This document shows positions 1 through 12,496 of a stretch of DNA of 64,000 nucleotides, piece by piece. The notes under the pieces are model-generated. The model worked only from the letters and a program-made list of their open reading frames with translations. It did no database searches and was not told the DNA's origin. Made by a program: the position numbers and the translations under genes. Source of the stretch: Trichosphaerium sp. ATCC 40318 (lineage: Eukaryota > Protista > Tubulinea); NCBI GenBank assembly GCA_038496445.1, contig JALMLS010000336.1, forward strand, positions 1-64,000, given 5' to 3'. Positions within the stretch are counted from its first letter, which is position 1, and each line of letters begins with the position of its first letter.

Positions 1-209
1 AATTGTATTGTTGCCAGCTTGTTTACTAGCAGTGTTAACATCTTCATATGTAATATTTGCGTAAGAACTCCTTCAAAGAAGCCTGGCAAGAATCAAAAGG
101 AGATACAACAATCAATTAAGATGGCAGACTACATTGAAGTATGTTAGTTTGTTTGTAAGGCGTAACCAAAGTACATCAACGTCAAATTCACCGCAGTGCT
201 ACATTTAGT

Positions 210-3200
210 TTAAAGTAGGATCAGTGCTGCAACTATGGCACATAACGTTGATTTCACAATCACTGTTGCAATGCTCTGCCCTATTGAGTATTTTAGTAAG
301 CTTAACTATATTTTGTTTTTTACCTTGGTTGGTGTCCTGGTAACTTGAGAAGAACACTTGTTTTGTCCGTTAGTTTCAAGACTTGGGCCTGCAAAGATAC
401 TACGCCAAAATGTGTCTACCGTAAAGTAGTTAGAACCTTTTTAAATCACGTGTATCGACATACCCAATTTCAACTCATTTGTAGAACTTTTTACGACATT
501 AATTCGTAGCATGTACTCTACACCTACTAGGAATTAATACAAAAATGATCGTAAGTATAACGTACCATCTGATATGTCATGTCCAATAGACACTGGCATA
601 TCTATATGCCCTTCACCATCAATTACAACCTGGCTTGCACCTCCTCGCCATAGAGTATTACTTTCCTTGAGAACATCCAAGTCAAGAATTAAAGGCTCAT
701 CTACTCTATATGCCACAATCAGATCGAATGTCTGACCTCCTAACACAATCTTTAGCACTTCTGTTTATACAAACCATGAGCCATTTACATACGTTTGCTA
801 GGAATTTTTGTGACATTCATCTCTAGACATAAAGCAATCGCAGGTACAGGTTCTACTTAAAGTATACTTAACAACGTATAATACATGATGAACTGTACCA
901 GCACTAGGGGCTGAAGGCGCAGTTGGAGCTTTTGGAGCTGTAGGAGTATTTGATTGTGATCTGTTGTTGGAGTATGCGTTGGGGCAGCCGTTGTAGGAGG
1001 AGGCATAGGTGGTACTACACGTTGCATACTACAAGGATTGTCACTTTCAAAAGCGTTCGTGCCTGCTTGTAAAGTGAAAGAAGGTGCAGGTAGCCATGGC
1101 TCCTAGTTGTAAGTTTGTTAGAACAGGACCTATTTTTAAGTGTGTACTTGTGAAGATAATTTGTTGTACAGGTACACAATGCCAAAGTTGTTGTTAGCAT
1201 AGGATACACTCTGAACAGTAATATGTTGTGATACTTCTAGTGTCAACATGCTTCATTACACCATCTCTCAATACTGTTGTAGCATTAGCTACAGGTATAT
1301 GACTAATGTTGAGTTAATGTGGCTTTGTTCTTTGTTGCTGTTAAAGCGAGATAGAAATTGTTAATAGAAAACACGCACACTACGTTGTTAATATCAACAA
1401 CCTCAAACCTTATAAAACAGTCAGTTAACTGAAAATATTACTAGCATGTACCCAGCACACTGAGATGTAAGAGGACTAGTCCACTCAGGACATACAGCTG
1501 ACATATTCAAGTACAGTCCATCAGCTACTGTATCATCATAAAAGAACACTGTGACAACAGTAGGTGTAGCAGGTACCGTCATGACCTAAAAGGAAAAATA
1601 ATAAGTATGATATGATGTTCATTGTTTCAAGTAAGCTGTACAGGTGTTGCTTCAAAGTAGTGCGCTACAGGTCCATATGCATTTTCTGAAGTGTTATATA
1701 TCATTCGAGATATCACACGTTCCATACGTTCACCTACTTGTAACTTGTAACGAGGGTGAATAGCACCGCCGGGGCTGAAAAGATCATAAAGATCAAGACC
1801 ACTTGCAAACCTTATCATAAAGTAAGTTCATTTTAGTGTCTTCATTTACTTACCCAACATCATCCAATTCACATGCTTCACGTTGTGCTATTCGCATAGA
1901 AGATATGGATAATTCTGGTTCCACTGGGTATGGTACTAGGTTCATGAAGACGAAAGGGAATGAAGCTCCAGTTGCTGAACCTGCATCCCATTTTAGACGC
2001 CACTCCTTTATCATTTCTTTGACCAAGCACCCATACTGAACAGCAAATCCAGTAATAACATTCGTTTCTCCTTGGTACCATAAAGCACCAGTGATGGTCA
2101 TCTACAACAGAATGTAAGATATTCTTCAAAAGTTCAACTATTCATACCTTTGTAAGCGGAAACATCATAGCGCCCCAATTACGAGTTTTGCTTCCATCAG
2201 CCTCAGTGTGGGGACATTTACTTAGTACTGAGGCACTGACCATGACTACAGTAAGTTAGCATTGAATGAGAATAGGCCTTGAAGAATAAAGTGTTCACGT
2301 GCCTCAATTGAAGACCCGCCAAATGCACTTGTTATCAAACCAACAGGTATGCCTGTACGTCTATGTAAAGCTCTTCCAAAGTACCAACAAACACCACTGA
2401 ATCCTAGATCGTCAAATCTATCAACAGAGTCTGGTGACGAAGGAACCCAGCCTTGCCAAATAGTATTGAATTCTTGGAGTTCCTTAGCAATCAATGTCAG
2501 TTTTACCACCTTCTTTTTGTTTACTTACAATGTTGCTTCCAGTAAGTCTACCAACAGTAAATAACCGGATTCCTGGGATCCCTGCTTGTGGACGTAGAGC
2601 CATAAAGTCACTTGTCTCGGAGAATAACCACTCCATGTTACTGGAAAGTATACAAATTACACCCAAGAATGCTTTTTTTTTACCTTTGTCCACTACAAAC
2701 GAACACATCTCCAAACGTTACATCCTTTGTATAACTATTCAATACTCTCTTACGAAAATATACAAGTACTACTTACTGTAATTTCATCCTCAGAGTATCA
2801 TTGATGCCAGGTAATGAGAAGATTACTTTTGCACGTATTCTAAATGTTGTAAACAATTACATGTCAAATAAAAAAAACCGCTTGACACGCACGTGTGGGT
2901 ACCACCAGCAGGTTGAGGAGGCTGTCTAACATTCCACCTACCCTGAAAGAGTTATGTAAATGTTATATTTATGTGTAGTTATTACCAGTTCATCTGCGGT
3001 AGTAGTGTATTCAACGAGTCCAAAAGTCACAATTACCTATGTTTACAAATTTAAAAAATGCACTCAACACCTCTTCAAATACATACTTCATCCCCTGAAA
3101 CAGCTTTACCCCCATAGCTTGCTTGGGTGCTCTATGAAGTACCATATGACTTCCCATAGCGTTCGAAAACAGATCCTTGCAAGTAGAGTTAACTCGAAGC

Positions 3201-3662
3201 TTCAAACAACAACACATACGCAGCCTTTGCAACTGTAGGCGTGAGTCACAGCAGTTGTACATTCTCCAGGGGTTGTAGAGCAAATTTGGTACAAAGGTTT
3301 AGCTGGACCACAGTAATCTGCACCAGACTCTATTTTTGCAGCGTATACGCGCCCAGATGGCGCAGGAGTGCATTTGCCGCAGTTGCTAAAGATTTTGTGC
3401 GCTTGTACTTCTTCGTTGGTGCACGGAGCGATTGGGAATTCATTTACGCTGTTCTTGGTGCTGTCCATGTACAAGGCTTTTGGATACCGTCAACTGTTTG
3501 AAATCCTCTATTGCAACAATTACGCGTAAAACTTCCGCTACCGTCGTTACAAACGGAAAACTGGACTTGAAACGCAGTATTGCATCTGTACAGAAGATTA
3601 TGCTGAGATTTCACTGTACTGGTTACTAGTAGAAGCAGTACGCTAACACAGAACCAGTGCAT
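210..3662 (-). pseudogene. Sialate O-acetylesterase (SASA) family surface protein: signal peptide, Cys-rich N-terminus, PT-rich linker, FN3-like region, GPI-like tail; frameshifted
   Basis: Spliced motifs GSHMVLHRAP, DVTFGDVFVCSGQSNM, FSGVCWYFGR..PVGLITSAFGGSSIE, GALWYQGE and IHPRYK..VGER. Signal peptide MHWFCVSVLLLL; hydrophobic end IVAALILL*. Frame breaks near 3110, 2780 and 2238. Confidence 0.8.
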
Positions 3663-3979
3663 AGCTCTTGGTTGTTTTTTATAATTAGTAAGAGCAGCAG
3701 ATTTGGAAAATGTTGCATTAAACGAAATCTTTGGCAAGTGGCTAGAAGTTGGTCGTCCGCTACAAAAATCTGTAGACAGAAAGGCAAGGTGGGAATTAAG
3801 TAGACGGCTCGACCCAGTACGACTTATTCGCTAAATCTAGATTGATCGCGTCTTAATTCCAGCAAAACCCATACGTTGCCGTATCTTAGCTCTTCGCAAG
3901 CAAAGTAATCGCTTGTATAAGTTCTTGGTCACAATTTCACGCCTAACGCTTCGACAGTACATCTCAAGGTATCACAACA

Positions 3980-4519
3980 AGACTTTTGCTTTGTGGGGAG
4001 GCGTTCCAGTAAAGGAGACGATGCGATATGTACCATTTATTTGCGCAGGTATCACGTTTTTTTAAGCCGTTACAAACGAGTTTTTAATTAGAAATAGTGA
4101 ATGGGTAAGGGACCTTACTCTTTTTGGAATCCAAAACCTATTTTTCAAGGTTCAAATGGAGTAGAAGTTGTACCCATTGAAGATCCTTATATGTGGAAGG
4201 ATAACCGTGGATACCATATGCTTGTACACGCTGAACGCAATACTCCATACGTAGGAGGGTAAGCTATTTGAATATAGATGAGTACAACAGTAATGTTATC
4301 AAACAAGGTATGGCTATTCTGAAGATGCTTATAATTGGGTATACTCTCCAGCAGCATACGCTAGAAGTCACATTTGAAGGAGGACTATTGAAGAAATACA
4401 AAAGACGTGAGCGACCACAAATATATGTCGAGCAAGGGGAACCACCTTACATTTTTAATGGTGTAGAATTACCTGATGCTGGTGCTGCATCTTATACTGC
4501 TGTACAGCAATTCAAATAA
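3980..4519 (+). pseudogene. Degraded GH43-like beta-propeller glycosidase remnant
   Basis: Motif remnants WGGVPV/KGDD/MYHLFAQ, W-KGPY, EDPYMWKDNRGYHMLVH, YSEDAYNW and RRERPQI..IFNGV. They lie in different frames (breaks near 4010-4025, 4105, 4360) and the central part is missing. Confidence 0.7.
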
Positions 4520-5049
4520 ACTCATTCTCATGCCACATCTACAATAGATTGCATTATTTACAGGCAGGCATAGAAGAGGAAAGCTCGTTGCTGGTAATTT
4601 CTGTTTGTTCGTTGAACTAGCATATCAAACTATCACTTGTTGCCCAGTGCTGTTCAATGGTAATGACCATACTTACACGTGCTTTTGAAAAATGTAAATT
4701 GCAGCAGTTTTATCCAACAAGCAAATGCTACGTATTTGTACTTTATTTTTTCTTTTCAGTATATTTTCATTTTTGCGAATGCTATTGTAGAGCAGGTGTA
4801 TTGTCGTGCATTGCTCTCTTTAGCTATGTACGGTGGAGCAGGCTCTATATATCTTGTCTGATACAAATCATGGCTTATGTGATCTTTGCGAATATCTACA
4901 AAAAGAAACAAAGTTGAGACATCAAGTAGTGATGAACAGATATTTCAACCTTTACTTTACATAAACATGTAACAGAATTTTCAGTAGCCAATTACAACCA
5001 ATAATACATGTTCAATTAAATTTTGATTACTTCCAGATGAGTCCATCTC

Positions 5050-6483
5050 TTATTTCCCTATTCTTTGCTTAAGCATTCGGTTTAAAGATCCATCTTCATT
5101 CCATTCCTTGTACAGACCTTTCTCTAAACCATTGATAAACTCACATTCAACATGTTGCTGTCCATTTCTATGCCATTGTTTAAAAACACCATCCTTTTTA
5201 CCATCATTAAATGTACAATGAATATGGAGTTGTCCATTATCATAATACTGTTTGAAATCCCCGTTCCTTTCATCATCAGTGTAAATACACTCCAACTCAA
5301 TCACACCATTCTCATGCCATTGCTTACTCTCACCTAATTTTTTACCATTTACATACATACACTGCATAGTAAGTTGTCCATTCTCATACCACTGCTTAAA
5401 CATACCATTTTCCTTACCATCAACATACGTACTTTGTATTTGTAGTTGTCCATCCTCGTACCACTCTTTATACTCGCCATTCTCTTTACCATCAACAAAC
5501 ATACTCTGTATAATAATATTACCATTTTCATACCATTCTCTATGCATACCATTTTCTTTACCACCAGAAAAAGTACACTGGATATTAAGTTGTCCATTGT
5601 CATACCATTCTTTGTACTCACCATCTATTTCACCACCAACATAAGTACACTCTATTCCTAGTGTACCATTATCATGCCATTGCTTGAAATGTCCATTTTC
5701 TTTGTTGTTAACATAAACAATTTGGATACTAAGTTGTCCATTCTTATGCCATTCTTCGAATAATCCTTCTTTTTTATCATCAACAAACATCCACTTGCAT
5801 TTAAGTTGTCCACTCTTAAACCACTTGAAATACTCTCCTTGTTTTTTACCATTAACAAACATACATTGACCAAGCAACTGTCCACATTCATAATACTGCT
5901 TGAACTCACCATGCTTCTTACCATCAACAAAAGTAAACTCAGTCCTCAGTTGACCACCCAAATACCAACTTCTATAATCACTATTTTCTTTACCATTTAC
6001 ATAAGTAAAGTTTCTCTTTAGTTGCCCATTCTTGAACCACTGTTTAAACTCACCATCTTTTTTATCATTAACATACATATACTCTGTCTCAAGCTGTCCG
6101 TCCTCACACCATTGTTTGAATTCACCATTTTTTCTCCCATTGGCATACATACACTGTATATTAATCTGTCCATTCTTATACCACGTCTTGTAATACCCAT
6201 TCAACTTTCCATTGATAACATTGAATTGTTGCTCTATTTTTCCGTCTGGGAACCATTTTAACCAAATACCATTGGGTACAAGCTCATTATTGTAGTGAGT
6301 ATTGATTGCAGCTCTTTTTGATAGCACGTGATACTTATTAAACACTTCTGCATTGAAAGTACATAAATATACTTGAATATCACTTGGTAGGTCTAATATA
6401 CTGCTACAAGTAGTATCTTGTACAAGACATAGACCTCTCTTTGGCAGCACGTCAATTTCTGAGTTATCTAAGGTAACCATCAA
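5050..6483 (-). CDS. F-box-like + MORN-variant (MORN_2/YwqK-type) repeat protein
   Basis: 477-aa uninterrupted ORF with ~16 24-aa repeats (G.FKQWYENGQL...C.YVNGKK). N-terminal ILDLPSDIQVYLCTF is F-box-like. A short upstream exon cannot be excluded. Confidence 0.85.
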   Translation of the reverse strand: MMVTLDNSEIDVLPKRGLCLVQDTTCSSILDLPSDIQVYLCTFNAEVFNKYHVLSKRAAINTHYNNELVPNGIWLKWFPDGKIEQQFNVINGKLNGYYKTWYKNGQINIQCMYANGRKNGEFKQWCEDGQLETEYMYVNDKKDGEFKQWFKNGQLKRNFTYVNGKENSDYRSWYLGGQLRTEFTFVDGKKHGEFKQYYECGQLLGQCMFVNGKKQGEYFKWFKSGQLKCKWMFVDDKKEGLFEEWHKNGQLSIQIVYVNNKENGHFKQWHDNGTLGIECTYVGGEIDGEYKEWYDNGQLNIQCTFSGGKENGMHREWYENGNIIIQSMFVDGKENGEYKEWYEDGQLQIQSTYVDGKENGMFKQWYENGQLTMQCMYVNGKKLGESKQWHENGVIELECIYTDDERNGDFKQYYDNGQLHIHCTFNDGKKDGVFKQWHRNGQQHVECEFINGLEKGLYKEWNEDGSLNRMLKQRIGK

Positions 6484-6708
6484 TAAATTAGATTACAACA
6501 TGAAAACAAACTAATCAACAAACGTTTCTAGCGCTATATTGGAGTTTTAGAGCATTAAAAAATACTCTCATTGCATGTAACAAGCTAGGTATACTACTTA
6601 TGCTCATCTCCGATGAGAACGGAAATGTATAGCTGTGAAAAATATGATGCAAGGGTTTTTTCAAAAAGTGATTGGTTTCACACTTGTACAACATTGATGT
6701 GGTTTTTG

Positions 6709-6867
6709 TGTTAGGCCGTAAAAGGAGATGATTTTTATAAGGCGAGGATGTCTTATCTAGGGTTGCTGGGAGATATGTAACGAAGATTTTGTACCGCTAA
6801 CATAAAGGAAAAAAAAAATCACGTGGACTAATTACAACTCTTTATCATCTCTTTTTACGGTCTAACA
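6709..6867. mobile_element. MITE-like element with 24-bp terminal inverted repeats (TGT...ACA)
   Basis: TGTTAGGCCGTAAAAGGAGATGAT (6709-6732) matches the reverse complement of 6844-6867 (TGTTAGACCGTAAAAAGAGATGAT) with 2 mismatches. Confidence 0.65.
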
Positions 6868-7312
6868 GTTGCGCTCATAAATAGACGGTTCATATTCATT
6901 TTGTTGTGGGTTTTCGTTAAAACTTCAGTAAAAAAGTAATAGTGTGGTATTTGCGCGTATTAAATAGCGGTAACGATGTTTTTGCTTTAAACGAGTTAAA
7001 AACAATTGGGTTCTGTTTTTCATGAGAAGCTCTTTTCTGCGATGTATTTAGTCTTTTGCGTACGTGAACTCATCTTTGTCGACTGAATTGCGTCTGATGG
7101 ACTAATAAAGCCTATGTTGGTTAGTTTTATAGTATTTTAAACAAATAATAAACTAGAGCATACCGAAGCTATACTGCCTTGTTTGTGCGAACTTCAATCT
7201 ATTAACTAGAGGTACACTACCTCCTCAATTTAGTTCAGGAGCCAAATGATTGTGGGAACAAATAAAAGTCAACTCAGGTAACGAATTGGTGTCAAAAAAT
7301 AAAGTTAAAACG

Positions 7313-9374
7313 ATGATTCACACTTTCAGTTTAAAACGTGTTTCCTATGACGGCACTCTTGAACTTAGGTAAGAAGCAGATGAACCCATTTTAACCGTTT
7401 TTTTTTTAATGGTTACGTTGTTTTTGATGCCATCCCTTGTTCCGCGCGTTTATTGTCTTTAGCGAAGGAAAACACGTGATTGGGAGAAATAAACTTGGAG
7501 TCACATCCAAAACAGTATCGAGGAAAGTATTCGCGCTTATAGTTACTCCCTCAGACGTGACAATCTATGTTGAGGTACGTTCACAACAATAACGTACTTT
7601 TCTCCCTTGTTCTTTCTTTTTCCTTTACCTTGGATAAAGTAGAGCACAAGTGGTGATTGCGAATTAGTCTATGTTTATTTTTTTTTTGTTGTTGTTGAGT
7701 GTTTTTTATCTACTGTGTAGCCTGAATCCAAAAACGATATGTTTATTCGTGGAGTAAAACTAGAGAAAGGAACCCAAGTGCGTGACTCCATCTATTAAAA
7801 ACAAACATAATTAAAGTAACTTTTGTTCGATAGCTCGTTGCTCCTTTAGATGAGTATATTCAAGTTGATTCCAAAGGATGTGGTACAACTTATGTAATCT
7901 CTATAGTATCTTCTGAGGCAGTTAAACCGCCTGAGCCGCCACCACCTGTGCCTCAACTGAAGTACTTGCGCCAACAAAAAAGTTTATAGTAAACTCTCTA
8001 ACGAAGCGTTCTTAGACTTGTTGTGGCATCTGATTATACTGACATACCTGAACTACCAGCTCCTCAAAAGTACATTGATCTCATTTATACTTTACACTCT
8101 AACAACAACGCAGAATTGTCGTACAAAAAGAAAGAGCAGTAGAGTCAGAGGAAGACATTTTTGTTGATTCTCAAAAAGAAACTGACGCAGAAAACCAACC
8201 TGGCTCGTACGTCTACACGTCATACAAAAACCTCCTTACTCCGGGTTTTCCAGGCAAGCTGAAACTCAAATTCATTCCCAAAACTTTCTTGATATAGACG
8301 AATTGCTTGGTATAACCAATGAACACCAACAAGTTGAAATAAAACAAGAACTTGAGGCAGTCACTAAAAAAGTGGAAACACCTTCTAAAAAAAGAAAAAA
8401 ACGCTATGCACGTGCTTCTTATACAATGATATTTTTTTGAATGACGTGATTGTTTCCTTAGATTGAATACGAAGACCTTGAAAGCGACAATGACCTATCA
8501 TACATGAACTATACTCCGAACCGTACAAAGCCGCAAGGGCATCCAAATGATGAACCAATAGATGTTGATGATATCGAGCCCCAAAGGAAAAGAGATCCAC
8601 CGAAAAAAACGGGTTCTATTCGGAAAACAAAGGCTACTGGGAAGAAAGTTAAACCGTCCTTCATTCCATATCAGTGCGCTAAGAAATCAGGTTACAGTCC
8701 AAAAAAAGGATCGTTCAAGCGGGCACTAGCTAGAGGAGGAATGATTGTCGTGGATTCTAACGAAAGTCTTTCATTGTCAGAAAGCTCTGATGATTATAGC
8801 GCTGATTCATTCGTACCCCTACAACAAGAAAACACACCAATTTCTCTATCCATATCTGGTGCGGTTAAAAAAGATGTGGAAAAAAAGTCATTTTGACAGT
8901 ACTAACCTACAACAACTTTCTAGAAAGTGAAGAGGAAGAAGACAAAGAATTTGATTTGGAAGATAATGAGAGTTCTCAAAACAGCATTGACAAATTAAAT
9001 AAGGCCAAAGAACTTGAAAATGAGGAATCTCTTAGAGACATATTAAGGGTAAGATACCAACAAAACAAACAAAAGAAAGAAAAAACCAAGAAAAAAACTT
9101 TTCCACGCACCACTGCAATTATCTATCGAAGCTATTCAAACTTATCTCTTCATATCTTATATTATTTTAGCATTACCATTACTTCATGAGCGAATCAGAT
9201 TCTTCCTCAAATGAATCTGATGGAGATTTCGTTTTAGATTTCGAAGAAGAAGATATTATTTTTCCTCCACGCAAAAAGTTTAGATACTGGAAGAACGAAG
9301 CACTGAAAAAAGGATTCAGCCCACAAAAGAGATTAGCGTATGTTATTGCCGAGAAAAGAAGGAAAAGCCTGTAA
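7313..9374 (+). CDS. Protein with N-terminal FHA-like (PNKP/aprataxin-type) domain and disordered basic/acidic tail; paralog A
   Basis: Spliced MIHTFSLKRVSYDGTLELSEGKHVIGRNKLGVTSKTVSRK carries the FHA IGR...SR motif. Multi-exon, with SPKK motifs in the tail. Confidence 0.65.
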
Positions 9375-9911
9375 ATCACAGCAAACCTGTTTATGAAATA
9401 AACAGCTTAGCATTGTTACATTGTTCAAGGTCTCTCCGACTCCACTTTATCAACCACATACTACTTTTTCAGTGATTTAGTTCGATTGTCCTCAGAGTTC
9501 GTTCTCGGTATTGTTTGATGATCAGTATGTTTTAATTACTGCGTCACCCCTCATTCATCACTTTCACTGGTAGTAGCAAAGATAAAAGTACCGCTAAGAC
9601 CACCTTATCTTTGTTAAAGCGGCTGTTCTATTAAAAAGTTCAGTTCAGACAGGTATTATGGCGAGCATGCAATAAAGCTTACAAATTACATCACAAAATA
9701 TAGCTAGAAACAAAGCCAACATACTAAACTTACCTACAACTACCGAAGTGAGCCCTAAGGTTTAGAACTACAAGGAGAACTGCTGCAAGTTTGAGAATAA
9801 GCATTTTAACTTGCAAGAGCCCACAAGCACGTTTTCAATCACCACAAACCTGGTCAAAACAAAAAAAAACAAATGGCAGCCTGTTACAAAAGTTTTTCTT
9901 TTTTTTATTGT

Positions 9912-11449
9912 TTAATATGATACAAGACTACCAAGACCTAGTCCACCTGTTTCTTCTTCTTCTTCTTCTTTTTTCTTTACAACTGCACTTTTTTTCTTGA
10001 TAATAAACTTTGGTTTCTTTGATTTCCTTTCAGGCTTCTTTCTGATAATGAAAGAATGTTTTTTTGGATATGAGCTCTCTTTTTTTGGATCTTCCATAAT
10101 CGAAACAATTTCAGCTGCAGCTGCTTTTTTATCCTTAGGCATACGTGGTCCAGGTTTTTTAAAACCATCTTCACTTAGACGTTGCTTTTTTCTAGGCTTT
10201 AATAGTTCCTAAGAAGTAACGTAAGCCAAAAGGGAAACAGCATTGTGACGAGTAAAACATAAAAATAAAAAGCTTATTTCTTTTTTTGTTTCCGAGTGTT
10301 TTTGTAAATTAAAACTCTCAAGCAACAATATGAATTGTCATTAATCAAGGACATGATAAATAATCCGCTCGAGTTTGAACCATAATAATAGTTTTGATCA
10401 CCAAAAAAAAAAAAAAAGAAAGAAATGTCACAAAAAAAATTTAAATGTTTGTTTTCTCTTCATGCTTACCGCTTCCCAATTATCGTTATCAGAAACTCTT
10501 TTTTTCTTTGCTTGAGCTTGTAAGAAATTAGAGAATTTTGCAGATTCCTCTTCTGTTAAGCGGTCTGCCTCTTGAGCTTGTTTCATTAAATTTTCTTGAA
10601 TGACAGCTTCAATATCGACATTTTCATTTCTTGCATTTTCTGTTCGTATCTCATCTAATGCATCAAGAATATCCATCTCCTGCTTCGAATCTATTTTATA
10701 TTATTAATACACATTCATTTTAATAAAGATAAGAAACAAAGTCGCCTACAGAGGCGTACAAAACAGAATGAAAAGAAAAAAAATTAGTTCTTTACCTAAT
10801 GTTTTTGTTTCCAACTTTGTCATTGCGTCTCCTTCTTCAACTTGTTTCTTATCATCTCTGTGTTCCTATCATATAACGTATAAGTAATGAGATGATACTC
10901 AGGTAGCGTTAAAAGACTTCAGAAGGGCGTTAACTGATTAATTTGAACATACCTCCAATGCCTTTTCTTTTTTACGCCATTCTTCGACTAGACGTTGTCC
11001 GCCGGCTTCTACAATATAATCTGAATTCTTTGGGTCGGTTCTAAGCGTTAGTTCGCTAGCACAACGCGTGCATTTTAAATAAAAACGGTAAATCCTAATG
11101 CCAAGGTATTCTGCGCCTTCCACAGTTTCCTAGACGGTTTTAGAATATAATTAAAACGATTATTACCAATTTACCTTGCGAGCATTAAATTTACGTCCTC
11201 TACCCATATATTCGCCGCACGTAAAACATCTAAATACTGTGTAAACAAAATAATGGATTTCGCAATGCAATGTACCTTATACTGAACGGTATCATAGTCC
11301 TGACTTTATATTGATCATTTTTCGGCTTATTACCTTTGTAAACATTTAATACTCTGATAATCACATCAAAAACGATTCATACCGCGTGGTAATAACCTAG
11401 GGTCAAAGTCTGGTGGGTAATACTTGTTTAAAACCTTTCTCTCACCCAT
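9912..11449 (-). CDS. YJU2: Splicing factor YJU2 (CCDC94/CWC16 family)
   Basis: [70 protein letters not shown] and MDILDALDEIR; canonical introns. Confidence 0.93.
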
Positions 11450-12496
11450 CTTGCAAAGTTGTTGGTGACACTGAAGAGCCGCACTTATTGCAACACCGGC
11501 TAAACTTAAAACCGGAATTTTAAGTGCCCGGCGAAATTACAACATTTTCTCTACACCCGGATTATTTTTGGGGCAGGAACAAGTTTCAAACAGTAAAGAA
11601 AGGTAATTCGTATTCGGATAAAAAGTTTAAAGCCTTTTATGAAACGTGAGATGTCGGCGAACATTTAGCCGATTTGCGGAGTTCCTCGCTGGTCAGTTCA
11701 TTTACTTTTAGGAACTTGTCGATGATACACACTTGCAAATAATGTTAGGAGTATGCACACCGTTCGGTATAATCGGGTATACTGAGGATAAAGCTACAAC
11801 ACCTTCTACTATACCTACGACAACGTTCGAAGCCAGAGAAGTACCTCAAGTAGCTGCCTGCGAAAACGTGGAAGCGCATGAACAGCCAACGTTTGAGAAA
11901 CCTCTGGAAAGCCAATCAATAACCCTTGGGGGCGTAGCTGAACTACTATTAACCCTGCATGACGCTCCAGATTGTTTTGTAACGCATTTATATTACACAA
12001 AAGCTACACAGAGCGCAAACCGGTCTAAGCGAAGCCATCGTAGTAGCAGGTACGCCCACTGTCTAAAATTGTAATACCCAAAAACAATTTCCTTGATCGG
12101 GCAAATAAATGGGTTATTTCTCCCAGTGACCCCATGTAGGTACCCTGGATATTACAAGGCACCTGTTAACACTTCAAGTGCTTCTAAACCAGGATATTCT
12201 TCACTATTTACTGGAGTACGTTAAAACAACTTCAAAACACTGTTTCCTTGGTTTGACAATAGTTTCCATAGTTTTGTGTAACGTTTTTAGTAATCTCGTT
12301 TTAAACCAGTTTGTTTTTTTGTTTCCTCTTATTTTACGTCTCTACGACGCGTTAAATAATAAAACCCGGATTCGTAAAGTTATGGCGACATTTTCTTACG
12401 CAATAATTCTAGGTTCAACAAGCACGAAAGCGCCAAGCAGATGGTCCACCTACAACCTCTTCAATACCACCTTTCAAATATAGAAAAATCAACAAT

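Noticed and set aside
5050-6483. Bacterial toxin-antitoxin (YwqK antitoxin) locus
   Set aside because: Eukaryotic context with no adjacent toxin; the similarity reflects generic MORN_2 repeats.
8254-8297. Additional GC-AG intron (CCAG|GCAAGC)
   Set aside because: A canonical GTACGT..CCAG intron just upstream keeps the frame open.
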